Below are positions 26,476 through 39,759 of a stretch of 64,000 nt of DNA, in pieces. Each line of letters begins with the position of its first letter. The first letter of the stretch is position 1. The position numbers and the translations under genes are program-made. Location of the stretch: the NCBI GenBank assembly GCA_951406725.2, contig OX597819.1, positions 132,432,001-132,496,000 of the forward strand, read 5' to 3'. This DNA is from Octopus vulgaris (lineage: Eukaryota). The notes beneath the pieces were generated by a model, which had not been told where the DNA came from, did no database searches, and worked only from the letters and a program-made list of their open reading frames with translations.

Positions 26476-26812
26476 GTAAAGCTGGACTCATGAGTCATCT
26501 TCGTAGTCATAAAGCGAGAAAGACGAGTGACAACCTGGCCACTGGTGGTGGTGTAACACACCATACTAATCATATCTGTCGGACATGTGGAAGAGAGTGT
26601 AATTCGGCAGGAGGACTTAAACGACATGCAAAGGTACATGAAGCCCAGTTACAACTACAGCCGGCTATTACCGGTAAAGGTTTTAGTTGCCAATTCTGTA
26701 CAAGACATTGTAGATCTTTAGCTGGGCTAAAAAGTCACATTCGATCACAGCACCAATAACAGTTGAGCTTCGTGCAATGGCCATACTCGATAACGAGGGG
26801 GCAGCCATCATC
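26476..26812 (+). mobile_element. 5'-truncated LINE (RTE-like) 3' end encoding tandem C2H2 zinc fingers
   Basis: Open frame SKAGLMSHLRSH..CRTCGRECNSAGGLKRHAKVH..CQFCTRHCRSLAGLKSHIRSQH* (stop 26759), short 3'UTR, then (TATG)n; the tail is shared with 23910-23991. Confidence 0.75.
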
Positions 26813-27857
26813 TATGTATGTATGTATGTATGTATGTATGTATGTATGTATGTATGTATGTATGTATGTATGTATGTATGTATGTATGTTTAAATACACA
26901 CACACATACACATCTTCCAGTGGAATATGGAAGAAGTTGCATGAAATTGCTAAACAAGCTGCAACCGAACCAAGTTAATTAATGCTGTGAAGCTGTAGAA
27001 TATAATTTCCCATGTTTTCAATAAATCTTTATTTCTAAAAACATCGACAGGACCCAACTGTACTTGATGTACACCAAAATGTTTGGGAAATAATTATGAT
27101 TATTAAATATAATTAAGTAGATTTACTCCGTTTATTTATATAAGCGACTTTTCTGTTAAATACCTTCGCTAATTACTTAATTACAACGAACCTATCAAAC
27201 TAAACAAGGATTAAGACAAAAAAAGAGAGAGAGAGACGTCGAAGACGTGAAGCGTAAAATTACATTTTTTTCTGAAATGTGTTTCTTTTTCACCATAAAA
27301 TCCTAAGTTCGGTTTTTACATTAGCTTTTCTTTTTGCTTCGTGAATGAAGAATCACATTTCGGTAAATTGTTATTGCATAACAATCTAAGAATGTAATGT
27401 ATTCACTGGTTGGATGGGTCAGTGCCGGACGCAATATTGCGCTCTTGCCAGTGAACCGAATCTTGGGATCAGTTTGCATTCCGGTTCCGGTTTTAACTTT
27501 ATCAGAGAGTGAAAGGTTAGCACTGATAATCTTCTTAGAAGAAGATTTGGGACTGGTGCAGTAGAGAGATGAAGGAAATATTCTTCATGGATTACCGCAG
27601 TTGGAATCAGTGCATTTAAAGTTGTTGTGAATGTCGGCAACAGGATGGAATCAAGTTGAAGCATCGATCGGCGCTGTTAAACTTGGTGAAAAATGAAGTT
27701 TACCATTGAAAAGTTTCGGTTAGCACGAGGTTATTGTTGAAGACAATTACTTTTCGTATTGAGTGGTGGAACCGAACCCAGAACTACATGACTGCGACGC
27801 GAACTTCTCAATCACACAGCCATACTTGCCAGGTCGAACCATTTCACTTCAATTACA

Positions 27858-28050
27858 TAATGGTTTCAAACTTTGGCACAAAGCCAGAGGTTCCGGGGGA
27901 GAGGGCTAAGTCGATTACTCAACTGGAACTTATTTTATCGTTCCCGAAAGGCAAAGTCGACCTCAGCGGAATTTGAACCCAGAACATAAAGACAGGCGAA
28001 ACGCTGCTAAGCATTTTGCCCGAAGCGCTAACGATTCTGCCAGCTCACCA
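27858..28050 (-). mobile_element. SINE family C
   Basis: GGCAAAGTCGACCTCAGCGGAATTTGAAC..GCTAACGATTCTGCCAGCTC. Confidence 0.85.
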
Positions 28051-28399
28051 CTTTCTCTTATATTTTGTAAACACCTCTGCAAAACATATCAACAGTTCTT
28101 TTTGTTACAAAAAGTTTTTAAAAATCCTATACAATTGATTGTTTTATTTAAACCAAATAAAATGTTTCACATTTTTGTGAGTAGCGTAGAGGAATATGAA
28201 AGGAGATCGGTTGATAGATTCCACTTCATTTATTCCAGTTTCCAGTGTCAGACACCCCTGTTGTTACTTTCTCAGATTTTGATGTAATTCTCCAAAAGAA
28301 GCGACATCCTTCATAAAACGGTGTCACTTTGCCCAAATACTTCATTTAACAAACTCTCTGTCAACATAATCATATTTTCATGATTCTCTGTCTTTCCTC

Positions 28400-28407
28400 T
28401 TTTCTTT

Positions 28408-28447
<40 letters not shown>

Positions 28448-28452
28448 TCCTC

Positions 28453-28513
<61 letters not shown>
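28400..28513. repeat. (TTTC)n microsatellite
   Basis: Directly visible. Confidence 0.95.
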
Positions 28514-28514
<1 letters not shown>

Positions 28515-28825
28515 AACACTCTCTGTTATACCTATGTTATTAAGCACCTGCCTGTCACAGTTAAACTTTTTTCATAGATTCCCTATCATATTCTCAGAGG
28601 AATACAAGTAAAGACAAACGTGTCACCAAAGAACATTTGAAACAAACACAATCTTTTCAGTTTTCCTGTCTTTGGAGTCTCAAACCTCTACGAGTGTGTA
28701 ACCGACTCAACCAGGATTCTCCCGCTTTTCAAATGTATCTGTTTTATAAAGTTTTAAAGAATTAAGTGAAATACATTTTTTAAAATGAAGTTTTGTCCCA
28801 AACCAGGGACTGAGACTTAAAGGAT

Positions 28826-28900
28826 TACAAAGAAGGAAAAGAAGAGCCCTACAAAGAAGGAAAAGAAGGGCCCTACAAAGAAGGAAAAGAAGAGCCCTAC
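28826..28900. repeat. 24-bp tandem repeat, 3 copies (TACAAAGAAGGAAAAGAAG(A/G)GCCC)
   Basis: Directly visible. Confidence 0.9.
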
Positions 28901-29299
28901 TAATTCAAAAGTGCCAATTCAAACAACTGAATATCATAGACGATGATAAGGAGTTCGAAGGAGAAGCAATTCGTAGAAAGAAGCGATTGGGGACCTTACG
29001 GCTCAACGGAGAAATGATGTGCCTGGGAGGAGAAGCGGGTGACATGTTTGAAGGTGTTGACGGAGGGTAATGGATCAGAAAACTCACCAGAGCAATGACG
29101 ATGGAAACACTTGTAGAAAAAAATGCAGGAGTCAAAGAGTGTAACATAGCGGAAAGAAGAGGACCCACCATGTTCTATAAAGTTGTACAGAACTAAATGA
29201 AGGACAATCTTTAAAATAATATTATATAAAGTTTTACAGAATTAAATGAAGAGACTGTTTGCCATATTTGTGTCTCGCCTATAATTGGGTTATTACTGG

Positions 29300-30150
29300 T
29301 ACTAATTCTATCGAAGAAGACCAAGAAGGTCATCTGATAAGTTGCCAGAGAAGTGTGGCACTAAATCTGCCAATACAAATAAGTTGCTATGATTTTATTG
29401 TCTGTAATTAGTCGATCGCGTACCTCTTGGTATATTTGCTCCATTTTGGTCAGAATTGATTGAAAGTAGATCACAGAATAAAACAGAGTGTGCCAATTGC
29501 TTAAGGCATATTGAGAAGCTGCACCACTAATAAAATGGCTGTATTATTGCTAGTCCGTTTTGACAATCTTTGTACAGTTCTTATTAGTTCCATTGAGTTT
29601 CCCTGTTTTATTATTTTCTTTCGACAAGCATTAACATTTGTGCATAAAGAAAAGATTCTATACATTTCTTTCATATTCTGTCCTACTATTGATCTACGAA
29701 AACAGAAAGATATGCAAAAGATAAAAAAAAAAATTAATTAGAATAGGAAATCTTTCATCTCATCTATCAAAGTTTCAAACGATGAAGCTATAGAAAAATA
29801 AGATTCCTCTTTGAATTGTCGATAGTTACTGAAATATGCCAATTGAATGTAATTGTGTGTTTAAAATGACTGAAGCTGTAGAGACGAAGAAGATAAAAAA
29901 ATATTGATTTGGAGACAGCGTGTTGTTTACAAATAGAATACTTCTAACGCCATTTTCTAATTGGAGCAGCCAAAAGGATAAGACAATGGTTTTTGGAATT
30001 ATTAGTCGTCATTTCGTATTCTGGTGCTGATGCGATTTTAACTGTTTAGTTTCCAGGGAAGTATGACAAGATGATAAGGGAAGCTGCGAACCATTTGATG
30101 AAGTGTACATTTTATTCAGTAAGTAAATCCCTGGCGGAAGTTGTGTTCAC
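29300..30150 (-). mobile_element. Possible pogo/Tigger-like transposase relic
   Basis: Weak remnants FLCTNVNA, TAILLVVQ and TKMEQIY in the order expected for the pogo DDD domain. Confidence 0.3.
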
Positions 30151-30444
30151 CACAAGAAGTATTATTTCTAATTAGATTTTCGTTTTGTTTTCTAGTTTAT
30201 TATTATTATTTTTGTTTTATACGAGCTGATAACATTTTCTGACAAAAGACAGATAAAGACGATATTATTTATACTTACAAAACAGTGATTGGCGATGTTA
30301 GATCGAATGACTGACGAGACTAACCAACCTTTTGGCTACTCATTATATTTAAAACCACAACCATAAAATCATCAGAAGTCCTTTTGATAATCTTCCTACT
30401 ACTCCAACCATTTTTCCTGTTTTATATACTTGTTAAGTAACTGG

Positions 30445-30732
30445 CATTCGTTGCTTACAGCGGAACAGCCCGCTTATGAAATTAAGTGGTCGAGTACTCC
30501 TTAGACACGTGCACCATTAACGTAGTTCTCGGTGAGATTCAGCTTGATGTTGCATGTAACAGAACTGGCCCTTCGAGATACAGGGGCCACTCATTTTGGC
30601 CAGCTTAGTGGAACGGAGCAACGTTATAAAAAGTGCCTTGCTCCAAAAGACACAACATCTTGCTGAGTATCGAACTCATGGTCTTACGATTGTGAGCCGG
30701 CTGCACCTAACCACTTACTCACGCACCTTCAT
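30445..30732 (-). mobile_element. tRNA-derived SINE (family A)
   Basis: Minus-strand head with A/B box-like motifs (GTGGTTAGG..GAGTTCGATACTC), related to 7118-7290. Confidence 0.7.
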
Positions 30733-32464
30733 ATGTTAAGTACATAGTTAAAGTATGTACTAATCAAGTGCTGGAGTCGGTTTAATCGATTACAACCTTC
30801 CATAAAATGTGTGGCCTTGTATCTATGCTTAAATAGTTATTCATGTTTACATATAAATAAGCAAATTAAATGGTGTTTAATAAGATAAATATTTTATAAT
30901 CATACTTAATAATTACATTATCTCAAGTTAGTCACACGCATAATCTAAGAGCGTTAGTTTTCATAATAAACAATTTGTTTTCGCGATTTATTGGAAAATA
31001 TCATTATGATTTAATCGTAAAAATATTTTTCTTAATGCGATTTAAAGTAGGACTTAATCCTTCCAAAACAACAACGAAAACTAATTCTAAACAATCTTCT
31101 TTAAATGCTTGCATTCATTCAGGTGAATCGCATTTAGACGATAATATTATTATTAATTCTCTTTTTAATCTCTACTTAATCCCTATTTTTCATTTTTAAT
31201 TATAATTTTCTCATATTGAAATGAAATCACAAATATTCTTTTGATTTTGTTTCAAGTGTCGAATCTCAAACTAAAAAAAAATCATGATTTAAACTGATGT
31301 ACTTAACCATTTTTATGGTGCCATTGAACACTGTTATACGGTGCTGTAATACAAAATTATAATTGAGGGTGTCTTGTAGGAACTATCATCTAAAAATTTT
31401 AATGAATTGTTTTCGAGGAAAATTAAATTAAATGCAGTAATTTATAACAAGAGAAAACAAAGCCGTGCAACATTTGGGTAAAGCGATCATCGATAATTTT
31501 TGAAGTTAGTAGTAAACGTTGGTGTTGTTCAGACGTTGTTTTAGTGTTCATGCCTCTCCAAAAAGAATTAGATTAACTCAGTGAGATCAATCAAAATGAA
31601 GAAACAAAATTGAATTAAAGGTAGGAATCGATATAATATGGAAGCAAGATAAATATGTATAACGAACTGGCAGGAACTTGTGAAGCAGCGTTTTAAATCT
31701 CTAACAGTATTTGGCTGCTCTTCTTTTTCCTCTTCCTCCTTCAGCGTTGAGAAGGGAAGTTTAATGGTTGAAATCTCTCTGCCTTAATACCGAGTGGTGA
31801 TGTACCTTAACAAAAACACAAATCAATATATTCGTTTTGAAATTAAGATAAAAGTAATTTAAAAACGCAGAAAATGAAAGAAAATAAATTTTTAGGGGAG
31901 AAAAAAATAATACCGAATCAATAATCTCTAATTGACTATTTTGAAGAGAAATCATATCTTGTTCATTTATTTCATCATTAAAAAAGTATTCCAACAAGAT
32001 GAACACGAATAAAAACAAAATGTGTCATGTTTCGGGCTTCCAGAATTATGAAGTAGATACTATGGGGAAAAAAAAAACTAAGCAGAGATGGTGGTGATCC
32101 GATTTGAACTCTCATAATTTTGGTTCAAACCTTTTGTGTTTTACCGCACTCGTAGCATTTGTGAACGACGGAAACCTGCATTTCCACACCTACGGCTGCT
32201 ATCTCTTGCTTTGCCTCTAACTCCTTACATCTCTATATTAATGGTGTTCTCCTAGTTGTTCCTTCCATCTACATAAGTTATTACGCTGATGACATCAATC
32301 TTCATTCAGTCATCCCTGTACAGACATCAATCACATCAATCACATCAATCACATCGGGTACGTTGTTACTCCTCAGCCTTCTTAAACTGCCACACGACAG
32401 GAAACTATTGCACTGCACGCAATGATATGATGTTGATAATGATTGTACTACTACTACTACTACT

Positions 32465-32660
32465 ACTTTCTACTATAGGCACAAGGCCAGCAATTTTGGA
32501 GAAGGGATTAAGTCAGTTACATCGGCACCAGTACTCAATTGGTAATTATTTTATCGATCCCAAAAGCATGAAAGGTAAAGCCGACATCAGAACGTAAAGA
32601 CAGACGAAACACCTCTAAGTGTTTTGTCTGATACACTAACGTCTCTGTCAGCTCGCTGAT
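32465..32660 (-). mobile_element. SINE family C
   Basis: Matches the family motifs (GGCACAAGGCC..TTTATCGATCCC..CAGAACGTAAAGACAGACGAAA). Confidence 0.75.
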
Positions 32661-32666
32661 TTAGAA

Positions 32667-32790
<124 letters not shown>

Positions 32791-33655
32791 AACTAAAACT
32801 AGAACAGCAACGGACCATGATAAAACGATGGCAAGAAAAGCCCCTTCATGGCAAATATTGGACTGAACTAAATACAAAAGAAATAAGCAAAGAAAAATCC
32901 CAGCAATAGTTGAGAAGCTCAGGACTCAAAGCAGAGACAGAGGGATTTTTAATTGCAGCACAAGACCAAAGCCTCCCCACCAGAAATTACCAAAAACATG
33001 TAATGAAAAGAAACATAACAAGTAACCTCAGAATATGTGGAGATGGACAAGAAACAATAAATCATATTATCTCTAGTTGCCCAGTCCTGGCTAAGAAGGA
33101 ATATATTCACAGACGCAACAGAGTTGGGACCTACATACACTGGAAGCTATGCCAACATTATGGAATAATAACACAAAAAAAGATGTTATAGGCACACACC
33201 AGAAAAGGCCACAGAAAACGAGAAAGCAACCATACTCTGGGATATGCCAATACACACAGATAGAGAAATTAAGGCCAACAGACCAGATATAGTTATCAGA
33301 GATATTGAAGAAAAAAAAATGCTTTCTAATTGATGTATCAATACCAGCAGATGACAACGTGTCTCTAAAAGTAACTCGAATGTGGAATCTAAAAACAGAA
33401 ACAATTCCTATTATTGTAGGTGCATTAGGTATGATAAAAAATATTCAGACAAATACATAACAAAAACACCAGGACTTACAAACACATATAACATACAGAA
33501 AATTGCACTACCAGGCACTGCACACATCCTACGCAGAACACTTTCAATACAGTAACCATCAGAGCATCACAACAAATCACAGCACAAACCCAAGGCACAC
33601 AGAGCTGCGCTCGGTGGTGAAGTGAAAGCACGATATAAAAAAACCCCTACTAAAT
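32791..33655 (+). mobile_element. R4/Dong-clade LINE, 5'-truncated (zinc knuckle plus restriction-like endonuclease)
   Basis: LRSSGLKAETEGFLIAAQDQSLPTRNY..RICG..ETINHIISSCPVLAKKEYIHR..HWKLC; ILWDMPIHTDREIKANRPDIV; IQKIAL.GTAHILR; flanked by (AAT)n on both sides. Confidence 0.9.
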
Positions 33656-33656
33656 G

Positions 33657-33716
<60 letters not shown>

Positions 33717-34150
33717 TTTGGTGCAAAAGATTGGCTACAGCAAATATTCCGCTCAATATCATAGACTTGCCTGTCAGTTGTTTGACCTTAACTAGTTGAG
33801 CATGTCCCTTAATGGCTGACGATATGTGCATCTCTGATCACGAGCAGAAGTAGTGGGGGAGCATCATAGCCAACTGTCGAGCGGGATTCTTTGGGGTTTG
33901 AATAATTCACCTCTGGGCCGTTTCGTTCAACATACTTAAACAATCCTTATTCAAGGACCGTTTGAGCGGGATGGGTTACTCGAACTGAAGAAAGTTTTAA
34001 CTGGGCCCCACCTGCAAGGTCATGTGCGCGCATATGGTTGTGATACATGTGCCTAGTGTACCCTTATCAGACGGGTAGTCATGATGGGTATACAGGGCTT
34101 CGTATATTTTACCCCAGTGTCACTTTGATGGTATGCGCTGCTCATTCAGT
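33717..34150 (+). mobile_element. Non-coding interspersed repeat (family D) inserted in (AAT)n
   Basis: Highly similar to 39143-39676 and 45592-45800; ends in (AAT)n. Confidence 0.85.
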
Positions 34151-34160
34151 AATAATAATA

Positions 34161-34880
34161 AAGCATTAAGGACTAACTACGTGATATACAAAATCGACAA
34201 CACTACCAACAGCGACAAATGCAGAATGTGTGGTGAGAAGGGTGAAAGGGTATGGCACATAGCGCATGTCCGAAATTGGCACAGCACGAATATAAAACAC
34301 GACATGACAATGTGGCAAGAATGATTCATTGGGAACTCTGTGGAAATCACGGCCTACAAAGAGCAAAGACGTGGTATGAGCAAACCCCAGAAGGAGTCAC
34401 CGAGAATGAGAACTGCAAAATCCCGTGCGATGCTATGATCCAGGGCGATCACCTGACCAGACATGAGAAACCGGACATTGTTGTGGTGAATAAGAAAGAA
34501 AGAACATGCATGATAATCGACACAGCATGCCCCAGTGACAACAGGGTCAAAGAGAAAGAAGAAGAAAAAATAAACAATTATGGCGATTTGAAGTGAAAAA
34601 TACGAAGGTTGCGGTCAATGAGGAGAGTCGACGTGATGCCAATAGTAATTGGTGCAGTTGGAAGTATCAGCACTCAACTACGAACATGTCCGAAAAAGAT
34701 TGGTGCAAGTGTGAAGGTAGAACACCTACAACAATCATCATTGCTTGGAACTGCAAGAATTCTTGGCAGGGTTCTTGAAGCATGACCAGTAAAACAAGTG
34801 TCACCTTAGTTTGGCAGCTGTGGACAGCTGACACTTTCCATCTTACCCAGCAAATAAGCTGAGACTTTTCATCAAATAAC
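34161..34880 (+). mobile_element. Second R4/Dong-clade LINE 3' fragment
   Basis: ALRTNYV..KCRMCGEKGE..CPKLAQHEYKTRHDNVARMIHWELC..EKPDIVVV..CMIIDTACP..LLGTARIL. Confidence 0.9.
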
Positions 34881-34914
34881 AATAATGATAACAATAGCAA
34901 CAACAACAACAATC

Positions 34915-35556
34915 ATTTCTGCCTTAGAACAAGGCCTGAAATTTGAGGGGAGAGGGATAATCGATTACATCGACCCCGGTACTAAATTTATCGACTCCGA
35001 AAGGGTGAAAGGTAAAGACGGTGTCGGCAGAATTTGAACTCAGAACGTAGCGGCAGAGGAAATACATATTTTTTTACTACCCACAAGGGACTAAACACAG
35101 AGGGGACAAACAAGGACAGACAAATGGATTAAGTCGATTACATCGACCCCAGTACGTAACTGGTACTTAATTTATCAACCCCGAAAGGATGAGAGGCAAA
35201 GTCGACCTCAGCGGAATTTGAACTTAGAACGTAGCAGCAGACGAAATACGGCTACGCATTTCGCCCGGCGTGCTAACGTTTCTGCCAACTCAACAGCAAC
35301 AACAACAAGAATAATAATAATAATAATAATGGTTTCAAATTTTGCCACAAGGGCAGTAATTTTTGGGGAAGTAATGAGTCGATTACATCGACCCCAGTGC
35401 GTAACTGGTACTTAATTTATCAACCCTGAAGGGATGAAAATCAAAGTCGACCTCGGTGGAATTTGAACTCAGAACGTTTTGGCAGACGAAATACCGCTAA
35501 GCATTTTACTCGGCTTGCTAACGATTCTGCCAACTCGCCGCCTTAACAACAACAGC

Positions 35557-35617
<61 letters not shown>

Positions 35618-35830
35618 TTTTCTACTATAGGCACAAGGCCCGAAATTGTGAGGAAGGGGGCTAATTGATTACATCGACTCCAGTGCATAACTGGTAGTTA
35701 ATTTATCGACCCCGAAAGGATGAAAGGCAAAGTCGATGGCAGCAGAATTTGAACTTAGAACGTAGCGATGAGCGAAATACCGCTAAGTATTTCGTCCTGC
35801 GTGCTAACGATTCTGCCAGCTCGCCGCTTT
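34915..35830 (-). mobile_element. Tandem/nested cluster of about four family C SINEs separated by (AAT/AAC)n
   Basis: Repeated AGTCGATTACATCGACCCCAGT..GAAAGGATGAAAGGCAAAGTCGACCTC..GAATTTGAACT units. Confidence 0.88.
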
Positions 35831-35856
35831 GCAACAACAACAATAATAATAATGAT

Positions 35857-36164
35857 CACCGTGATCACCGTGACCGACCAGGCTATCAGATGTTGCTACA
35901 CATCGCTGGTCACAACGCGCTTCGCATTGTTTTAGCCTTCAAATGACGCCACCCCACTGGCTAAGCGAGCAGGCCAACAGAAGAAAGAGTGAGAGAAAAT
36001 TGTGGCGAAAGAGTACAGCGGGGATCGCCACCCTCTCTGCCGGAGCCTCGTGGAGCTTTGGGTGCTTTCGCTCAATAAACACCCACAACGCCAGGTCTGG
36101 GAATCGAAACCACGATCCTACAACTGCGAGTTCGCTGTCCTAACCTTTAGGCCATTGCGCCTCC
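35857..36164 (-). mobile_element. tRNA-derived SINE (family E)
   Basis: Minus strand begins GGAGGCGCAATGGCCTAAAGGTTAGG..GGTTTCGATTCCC (A and B boxes); flanked by (AAT)n. Confidence 0.8.
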
Positions 36165-37235
36165 AATAATAATAATAATAATGATATATAATACCCAAGC
36201 TGTACTTGAGAAGATATCTATGACATTGTTTTTAAAGAAGCAAAATATGCTCAGTTAGTGTGAATGTTCGCTGATGTAAAGTGAAGTTCTAAGCATTCAG
36301 CTAAAGACTGCGTGTTTGTTAGTTGTGAAGTTTGAATTGAAACTTCGATACAGCAAAACTAAATATATTTTTCTATTTTAAATTTATTCTCCATTGCTGC
36401 AGGCTATTACTCACGTGACATGTTATTTGGAGCGAGCCATGCTTTACCGTTTCTAAGCAATCGAACCGACTGAATTTCCTTTTCATGTTTCTTTGCCAAA
36501 ATATGTATAATATTGAAAATTACCTTAGAGCTATATTAATTCAGATATTTCTCTAAGCAACGTTGCATAATAACGGAGAAGCATATAAAGTCGGCATCTT
36601 TCAACGAATATTTCGTCATTCTTCTTTCCGAACAAAACACCCGCAATCTTTTCAGTATCGCCCGGGGGTTTCTTATTTCCGGTTCCTGTAAATGTATTTC
36701 AATAAAGTTTACTTACTGAGATATCAGCTTTGTGTGAAAAAAAAAAGACAACAGCAAAAAAACAAAAAACGAGGCAAAAACAACAACGATATCACAGGAA
36801 GACGAATGCCTGTAGGTAGAGGCACGACTATCACACACAGAGGCGTAGAAGTTTGAGAAAGAGAAGCGAGCGTGTAAAGTGCAACCAAAGAGTTTTTCTT
36901 GGAGAGAAACGAAGAAGTAAATCCATGAGGAAGCGACTCCATAGAGTAGCATTCCTCTCCGAGAACTGCACTGATTATGCCACACAGTGGCCAACAAGTG
37001 ACTAAATTGCGGACATCATACGTAATATGTAATGGGCAAATATGTAAACTATGGTGGACCGATACAATCCGAAATTGTAATGGATGCAGTGGTCAGATAT
37101 GCCATGTTTTTATCGATAATCTATGGTCGGATGTCAGTGGGAGAATGTATAAGGGTTTTGCGTTGTTTACATCTGTCATCTGGTCTATCAGCTTCAGCTA
37201 AATGGCTATCTGTCAACTACAGTTTTATATATGTA

Positions 37236-37317
<82 letters not shown>

Positions 37318-37429
37318 CATATACGTACATACATATATATGGAAAAGTTGATTACACTGGTGGTGCTCCAGCTTAGTCACAACCTTTCTTCAAACTAATT
37401 AAAAAGTTTTTCTTTCTTTAAGATCCCTC

Positions 37430-37860
37430 ATAACAGATAAAATATGAAACAAGAAAAGACTTGCAATCATTTTTGCCAGGTGTGCACAACACGGCAATTT
37501 AGTAATTGCCAACTTTCTAAAGGTTGCAAGATTTTTTGTACAAGTTTAGATGGAATTGGACGTCTCAGGCTGGAGCGCTTCAAGTGTATCAAGGAGAAAA
37601 AAATATTCTGAATGTTAAGAAACTATAACCAACAGGTTCAAGACAATATTGATGATAATCCCAGAAAATCAATGAGATCCATATTGCTAAAGAACTTCAG
37701 CTATCAGAGTGGATTATCAGAACTATGGTACAAGGACAATCGATACAAGTGGTTTGTATTGATGAAAGGCCATTTCATGTCTGCAGAGACGCAGGAAAAA
37801 GTCTTGGATCCACATGAAGCGGTTACTTAACAAGGTTAAAGACGCTTACGAATATCGCAT
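37430..37860 (+). mobile_element. Decayed Tc1/mariner-superfamily transposase N-terminus
   Basis: IANFLKVAR and VQDNIDDNPRKSMRSI HTH remnants. Confidence 0.55.
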
Positions 37861-38367
37861 ACTTTGGATCTTGTCTAATATATGGATTATATTAGAGGAG
37901 AAATCAAAACCAAGGCAGAACGAGTATCTCAAGTCATTTAGAATAATTTAATTAGGGTCAGGTGACTTTGAAGTCTTACAGCTGTTTCTGCGATAACCCG
38001 AGTGGTTGGTTCGCATGTCCACTCACTGGGTATTTATTCCGTCATCAGAGACAAGGTATGAATATTTTAGACGGGGAAAATTTACAGTTTACAACGAATA
38101 AAATAGATTCACAATCTATAAGGAATAAAATTGAAGAATAAAGAGTAAAAGTAGTTAGCAGAATACAGGCGGCAGAATAATGTTCACAACTCATTTTATT
38201 GCAGAAAATATGGATGTTGGTCGGTGCTTCCATGAAGGTAAAGGTCCTTAGTTAAAATCCAAGGTAAATCCAGGCGCTATTTTAATCCCAGTTGTTATAT
38301 GTAGGGGCCCTGGGTACCGTCAACAACAGACTTAACATTTCCATTGTTGAGATTGGTGTAATTACAG

Positions 38368-38504
38368 GAGTTGAACTGATTCAGAAACACGCTCTATTGG
38401 GAACAGCAAGGATTGTAAGAGAGTTCCTTGATATCAAAGGAAACTGGTTGTGACCCGGTTTCTGGGACACTGATTTCGAATGTAAAACATTCGTGCACAT
38501 CATG
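38368..38504 (+). mobile_element. R4/Dong LINE extreme 3' end
   Basis: ELIQKHALLGTARIVREFLD followed by a short UTR and (AAT)n. Confidence 0.7.
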
Positions 38505-38583
38505 AATAATAACAATAATAGTAATAATAGTAGTAGTAGTAGAAGTAGTAGTAGTAGTAGTAATAGTAATAATAATAATAATA

Positions 38584-38614
<31 letters not shown>

Positions 38615-38712
38615 CGATGATGATGATGATGATGATGATGATAATAATAATAATAATAATAGTAATAATAATAATAATGATAATAATAATAGTAATAATA
38701 ATAATAGTAATA

Positions 38713-38767
<55 letters not shown>

Positions 38768-38772
38768 TAATA
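38505..38772. repeat. Compound trinucleotide array (AAT/AGT/GAT)n
   Basis: Directly visible. Confidence 0.96.
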
Positions 38773-39122
38773 CCAACAAATAGTCATGAAGGAAGGCGAA
38801 AAGATAGATAAATACAACCGTCTTAAGTACGAAATAACCCGACAATAGAAAATGAAGAAGATGAAGACTGTGCCAATCATTGTTGGTTCCTTGGGAAAAG
38901 TAGGAGAAGGAATCAAGGAGAATATAAAGGAAATTAGGAGAGAGAGTTCCCAGTAGAACTGTTACAAAAGGTTTGCCTCCTTGGCATGGCCAGAATAGTC
39001 AGGAAAGTATTAGGTAGATGGAAAGAATGGATAGCATGTTACCGTAGGCTGCAGGCAGTAAGCCCGCTACGCATGCAAGATGCCAGGAGTTCCAACAAAA
39101 CCTTTGATTAAGAGAAAATAAT
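38773..39122 (+). mobile_element. R4/Dong LINE 3' end
   Basis: EKIDKYNRLKYEITR..TVPIIVGSLG..LQKVCLLGMARIVRKVL. Confidence 0.8.
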
Positions 39123-39142
39123 ACTAACAACAACAACAACAA

Positions 39143-39676
39143 TGCCCTGATGTTGTACCAAGCAGTGGCTCTCATGGTTTCTGATCTGAACGGATCGCAA
39201 AGTGTTATCACGTACATTGTTTTGTCTTGGTATAAAAGATGGGCTACATCAAACATTCTGCTCAACACCACAGATTTGCTTGTCAGTTGTTTGACCTTAA
39301 CCAGTAGAGCGTGTCCCTTAGTGGCTGACGATATGTGCATCTCTGATCACGAGCAGAAGTAGTGGGCGAGCATCAGAGCCATGTGTTGAGAGGGATTCTT
39401 TGGGGTTTGAATAATTCCCCTCTGGAAACATGGGTGTTTCGTTCAACATCCTTAAACAATCTTTATTCAGGGACCAGAAGAAAATTCCAACTGGGCCCCA
39501 CCTGCAAGGTGATGTGCTGTTTATCTTGATATGAGATCACCATGTCGCGCACACATGGTTGTGATGCATGGGGCTGATGTACCCTTATCAGACGGGTAGT
39601 CATGATGGGTATACTGGGCTTCGTATATTTTACCCCAGTGTCACTTTGATGGTATGCACTGCTCTCTCACTCAATA
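39143..39676 (+). mobile_element. Family D repeat, longest copy
   Basis: Similar to 33717-34150 and 45592-45800; bounded by (AAC)/(AAT)n. Confidence 0.85.
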
Positions 39677-39759
39677 ATAGAATTAATAGTAGTAGTAGTA
39701 GTAGTAGAAGGGACAAGCGTAGATACGTAATCACCATGAAAGTGATCAAAGTAACGAGT

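Noticed and set aside
26394-26759. Host C2H2 zinc-finger gene
   Set aside because: It starts abruptly in a microsatellite, lacks TGEKP linkers and a splice acceptor, and its 3' end is repeated at 23910-23991, which indicates a retroelement tail.
28905-29190. Coding-like purine-rich segment
   Set aside because: It has an internal stop and no recognisable motif or splice signals.
36640-37210. Promoter (TTCCGG motif) and a short Cys-containing ORF
   Set aside because: A single short motif is expected by chance, and no downstream gene structure is supported.
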